A stretch of DNA of 64,000 nt from Cladosporium halotolerans (taxonomy: Eukaryota): contig NW_027191464.1 of assembly GCF_011745625.1 (NCBI RefSeq), positions 124,001 to 188,000 of the forward strand, read 5' to 3'. Of this stretch, positions 59,289 to 64,000 are shown piece after piece. Under the pieces are notes generated by a model, which worked only from the letters and a program-made list of their open reading frames with translations, was not told where the DNA came from and did no database searches. The position numbers and the translations under genes are program-made. Every line of letters starts with the position of its first letter. Position 1 is the first letter of the stretch.

Positions 59289-62054
59289 TCATCCATCACC
59301 CATCAACCCCGACGACCCTCCCTCGCCAGAAAGCCCCTGACCGTTCAGAAACAAATCCAAATCCGCCATCCCCGCTCCACCAGCACCATCATTTTCTGCC
59401 AGCTGCTCGAGCAAGCTGAGGAAAGGATCCTTATCCGGATCGGTATGCGCCGACTCGGCGCTCGCGCTCAAGCCGCTGGGAGTCTGGTGGTCAAATCCCT
59501 GGCCGCCGTACAGCGTGTCGTAGGGGTTGAAATCGTTCGGCATTCTTATTCCCGCGGGAAGAGGGCTGAAATTGAAAGTCGGGGAGAAGACGCTCTGTGT
59601 CAACGTTTGAGATTGGTCGTTGACTGGCTGTGATGGATCGGTTGCGGGAGGGAGGAAGTCTGGGTGGGTGGTTTGTGGTTGCTGTTGCTGTTGCTGTGGA
59701 GCGGGTTCTTGCATCTGAGTCGGAAGAGCGGTGTCGTATGATTGCGTGCGTTCCAAGATGCTCCCCGAGGAGGTCTCGGCGCTGGGGGTGGGGTAGGGCA
59801 TCACTGAGGTCGTCAAGCGTCGTTTCTTCGATTTGCGGGTCGTGGGGGGCATCGTGTTCTGCGTCATGTACTGTGTTGGTGCCATGGGAGTGGTGAATTG
59901 CGTTGGGCCTGCAGGAGGGAACAGATTGCCTCGTGCGTCGTTCGGGCTCTGCAGGCCATTAAACTTCTGGAAGCCGCTCTGCAATGTATCCACCATCACA
60001 TCGGCGAAGGTGACGTGGGCTCCGTCGATGTAGACCCCTGGGTAGCGCGCGAAAAAGTCTTCCATTTGAAAGACGGGCGAGTACCGCATGGGATTGTTGG
60101 CCAACGACTTGACCAGCTGTGAGTGGCTTCCGTAAACCACCTGGAGAGTATCCCGCTGGTGTTGGATGCCGGCCCAGACGAATCGGAGGTCTCCCAGCTG
60201 CTGCATCTCTCGCGAAAGGAACTCCGTGCTGTTGCCAAACAAATCTCCCTCGCGCAGTGACATGTAATGCGCACCGTGCACATGAATAGTTCCGGCCGTG
60301 CAAATGCAGTATCCAACGAAAGAAGGCCAGTCGACGATCGACAGATTCTTCCCAATTTCAACCAGCTCAGCGATAGCATTCGCGTGCAGGAAGCAGAAGT
60401 TCGTCGCTTCGATCTGCCAAGACTGATGCTGTCCGCTTCCAGAGAGTTCAGCCAGATCCACGGGCAAGAAAGGCCTGTATATCAGGCAATGTATAAGGTG
60501 ATAGATGAGCTTGCTCAGCACCAGAGTCGAGCTATCCGCCTGGCCGAACAGCATCTCGACCGAGCCGAACATATCCTGCGTGCTGGCGGCCCAGTAGTCG
60601 AGTTCCGAGCGGATTTTCGACAGTGTCGATTGCGCGTGCCAGGGGAAGTGAGAGTCGCCTTTGACGCCTCCGGCAGCCAGGTAGCGATTTGTGATGCCAA
60701 GTATGCGAACGATCTCTACGAGCATCGCGCCACTGCCCTGGCCAGCGTTGAAACCACCCGCCGCGTTCGGGAGGCTGGTGCCATTGGGGAAGAAGTTCCC
60801 ATCCACTGACATGTGAGATCCAGGAGGCAGCCATGAAGGTAGTCGTAGCCGGATAGACTCGTCCGATATCGACGAGGGTCTTTTCGACCCGCTGGCCGTG
60901 AATCGATCCATCAGGTAGCACGTCCAGAAGAGTCTGCGGCGGCCTTCTCTTTCTGAAGGCGCTATTCGCATATGCGAGGGCAGTTCGCGATGCAGGCTCA
61001 GCGCTGTAGCCATGCTGATCGCGTGCGACAGCAGCATGTACGATCTCTTTCCTCTGCCGTTCTGGAAACTCGCCATTGTCAAGAGTAGTAGCGCCTGGAG
61101 GTGGTCGATACTCGGTTCGTCCACGTCGATCTCGGCTCGAGCCTGCGCCAAGTATTCCTGACTAGAGTAGACGGCGCCATTGTGGCCTCCGCAGAGGTGA
61201 CTAGAATACTTGATCGTTGCCGCGTGTACGGCGTTCACGACATATCGCGGGAGTTGGTTGTCCCGCCATCGTTGCCGCGTCGCCGGTTCGTCAAGAATGT
61301 AATAGGGTTTCCCGTGCAAGCGGGCAAAGTATGTATCAATCAGCGCTTCAGTGAAAGAAGCGTTCGCGCCATGGCTTTCCACTTTCGTGGCGAAGCTCTC
61401 GCGGCGCGCCAGCACCGGCTGCAGCTGCGGGTCGATGCGCGTCTCTGCCTGGCCGCGCTGCTCCGGTTTGGAAGAAGTTGCGGCAGCGGCGGGCTCAGCG
61501 TTCTTCTCTGCGCCGGCGACAGGCTCCGTAGGACCCGCATTGGCGCTGCTGGTGGTGTCGTCGACTGCCAGGTCGTCTGCCGCGCCTGGCTTGTTCTCGT
61601 CTTTTAGCCGCTTCTCCAGCCCGTTTACCCGCTTGAGCAAGGCTTCGAGCACGTCTGTCTTGGGTCCTCGTTTCTTCGGAGTAGCATCTTCAGAAAAATC
61701 ATTAGCTCCATCCCAGGCAGCTTCACTCCTCTGACTACGGACAGCGACGTACCGTAAATACACGCGCAGTTGAACGCCTGGCACGCCTCGCACGTCGGCT
61801 TGAGTCGATTGCACTTGATCTTCGCCCAGAGCGTTAGCTAAAGCAAGACTACCAGGCTCCAGCAGTACCGATCAACAAAATAAAAGTACAGAAGAAAGAC
61901 GCACCTTGCGCTTGCGGCAGCTCTTGCAATTCATCGCCTCCTTGGGCTCGTTGCTCGGCCGCCTGACCTGCAGGCGCTCGATTCCGATCTGAGGCCGCGG
62001 CATCATGCTGCTGTCGGCGTTACCATGGGAGCCCGGGGCCACGACGGAGGCCAT
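59289..62054 (-). CDS. Zn(II)2Cys6 transcription factor with fungal-specific TF middle-homology domain; exons 62054-61905, 61819-61753, 61687-59289
   Basis: MNCKSCRKRK|IKCNRLKPTCEACQAFNCACIY|DATPKKRGPK, then EREGRRRLFWTCYLMDRF and an acidic tail DPFLSLLEQL. Confidence 0.93.
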
Positions 62055-63529
62055 GGTCGCGGGTTCGCCTTACGGCATCTTCCAGCGCGTGTGTGTGGCG
62101 AGGTGGGAGGGAGAGATGCACGGTCGAGACGAGAGGAGAATGGGAACAGGGTTAGGTTGTTAGAGTCAGTAGTAGTGAGTCGGGCCCAGCAGCGGCCCTC
62201 CAAGACAAGCACAAGAAACCACGCGCCCCGTCACGTTCAGACTCTGGCCGGCGGAACGTTAAGCGCCTAAGGGTGACGAGCAGAGCGAGCAGAGAGGAAC
62301 AACAGAGGGAGCTGCAGCAGCCGCACCGCGGTAGCCGGCCGACGACTCACGACCCATGCGCGCACGCAGCAGGCTGTCTTTCTGCCCCGGGTCAGGGCAG
62401 CTGGGGGAGGTCGTGTGGAGCCGAAGCCGCCCCCGTGTGCGCAGGACCAGCCTACACACCCACACGGCGACTGGTTCATTTGGCTCGGCAGGCCTGGGTG
62501 GGTTCAGTTCGAAGCGGGGAAATTGATGCAGGGCCCGTAGGTCATTTCGCGACCAAGTTGCTTGCCTGCCTGGCTGGCAGGCTCTATACCGCTGGGCCCT
62601 CGCTCGCTCGCTTGACAGCCCTGCCTGCAGACGGGGACGCCCACCGCGCCCCCGATTATATTTTCCGCGCCCTGTTCCTGACCCGTTCGAGCGCGCAGGC
62701 CGCACGCTCCGGCCAGACCATTCGCAGCGGCAGACGGCGAACGAGAGGGAGGGAGGCCAGCGTCTGCTGTGCAGTCCAGTGCTGGTAGCCGTTAGGGCTG
62801 GCTCTCTTGGTCGGCGGGCTGCCCGCATTCAGGCCCAGCCGAGATGCGACTGCGCTCCACCGCCTGCTGGCACCGGACGCTTTCCGCAGCATCACCGGGG
62901 CCGTGATTTGGCTCGAGCGGCGGCTCGGTGGCCGCTCTGCACGGCGGCGTGCAGGCCTGCGGGAGAGGAGCCTTTGTCGTTTGCGGCATGGCGTGGTGTG
63001 AGACGAGGCGGGGTGCGGACAAGCGAGGTGCGGGCTGGAGGAGGGAGGGAGGGCGCCGGGGCCCGTGCGGGTTGCTTGATCGATGGGGCCGGGGTAATGC
63101 TGGGCCGAGGGGAGAGCTCCTCGGGGAGGCGTAGATGACACTATCACTGTGTACTTCTTGGGCGCTGTGGCTGCTACTGATGTTTAGATGAAGTCAATCT
63201 GCGCGCCTGATGCTGGAGCCCCGTGTGGTCCCGTTGTTGTGCACTTTTCCGGGCGCAGTGGAAGGCAAGTGTCACGAGCGATAATAGGCAGAGTAAGAAT
63301 AGGAACGTCAGACGGTCCTTTGCATCTCTGCGTGCATCCCAGCGTGTAACCGAGATCTGTACCCTAAGTCCTAAGAATCGAGTTATGTACTGTACCCTAA
63401 ACTCCGCCCCAGCCGCCGCAGCACACCTGGGAAGGTCATATACCACGTCGAACGTGTCGAGCGCAACACGCGCCGGTTGACAGCTCGCAATGCAATCCAA
63501 TCCAATTCACGCTCCCGCCGCCTACCCAT

Positions 63530-64000
63530 TCAAGCGTACAGGCTCCTCCCCGACGCAAGACGGACGAAATCGAACGGGACGTTCTGCCCGACGAGCAGCC
63601 GCAGCGTCTCGACGGCCGTCCAGGCGTTGACGTCGGCGACGCCGTATGCCGCCCACCCGAACGACGCCGCCACGGCGATCGGGTCGCCCTTCTTCACGCC
63701 GCTGCTCAGGTCGACGAAGACCTTGCCCGGCCGCTGGTGCGGGCTAGTCCGCCGTGCACTCCTGCTACTGCTGTAGTGCTTCAGCAGCGGCGCGACGACG
63801 AAGCTCTTCTCCGCCGGCAGCGCGGAAATGATGACGAACGGCTCCTCGACGCGCTTCATGTCCTCGATGCCGCGGAAGTGGTGCACGTCTGCTGCGTAAT
63901 TGGACTTTGCCTTGAAGCCGATGGTGTAGATCGGACCGATGTTGAGGCTCTGCAGCGCGAAGATGGCGGCTGCTGCCTGCGACTCGGCGCTAGCCAAAAT
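63530..64000 (-). CDS. 3' end of a gene ending in a degenerate shikimate/quinate-dehydrogenase-like domain (runs off the window)
   Basis: ILASAESQAAAAIFALQSL, VIISALP, KVFVDL and GWAAYGVADVNAWTAVETLRLLVGQNVP resemble the SDH C-terminal half by eye. Confidence 0.65.
   Translation of the reverse strand: MLASAESQAAAAIFALQSLNIGPIYTIGFKAKSNYAADVHHFRGIEDMKRVEEPFVIISALPAEKSFVVAPLLKHYSSSRSARRTSPHQRPGKVFVDLSSGVKKGDPIAVAASFGWAAYGVADVNAWTAVETLRLLVGQNVPFDFVRLASGRSLYA

Noticed and set aside
63357..63400. CTGTACCCTAA direct repeat resembling telomeric CCCTAA
   Set aside because: Only two short copies, with no tandem array or telomerase-template context.
1..64000. tRNA, rRNA, snRNA, riboswitch or CRISPR array
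   Set aside because: None recognised by eye; a tRNAscan/Rfam search would be needed to exclude small RNAs.

Overview
Gene-dense, intron-containing eukaryotic DNA from a filamentous ascomycete (GT-AG introns mostly ~50-100 nt with CTAAC/CTGAC branch sites; the style suggests a Dothideomycete, which is inference). About 27 protein-coding genes can be built by hand. Housekeeping genes: GUK1, a mitochondrial PPR protein, RSM25, a short RecQ helicase, ICE2, MYG1, RAE1/GLE2, the RGS protein FlbA, CHK1, casein kinase I, GET1, ECT1, RNR1 and a steroid 5-alpha-reductase. Also two Zn2Cys6 transcription factors, an SDR, a SnoaL/NTF2-like protein, an XIP-type aquaporin and a GH25 lysozyme. The most unusual stretch is ~20.4-25.2 kb, where a single-pass S/T-rich membrane protein, a stand-alone HET-domain protein and an intron-containing solo RNase H (all catalytic residues present, no RT) lie in tandem between MYG1 and RAE1. 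Other notable items: an exon-duplicated F-box-like gene with a shifted splice donor, a shikimate-dehydrogenase pseudo-enzyme next to a Zn2Cys6 factor (QutA/QutR-like logic), and blockwise C-to-G skew switching inside genes. No tRNA, rRNA, CRISPR array or intact transposon was recognised. All calls come from motif recognition by eye; no searches were run.
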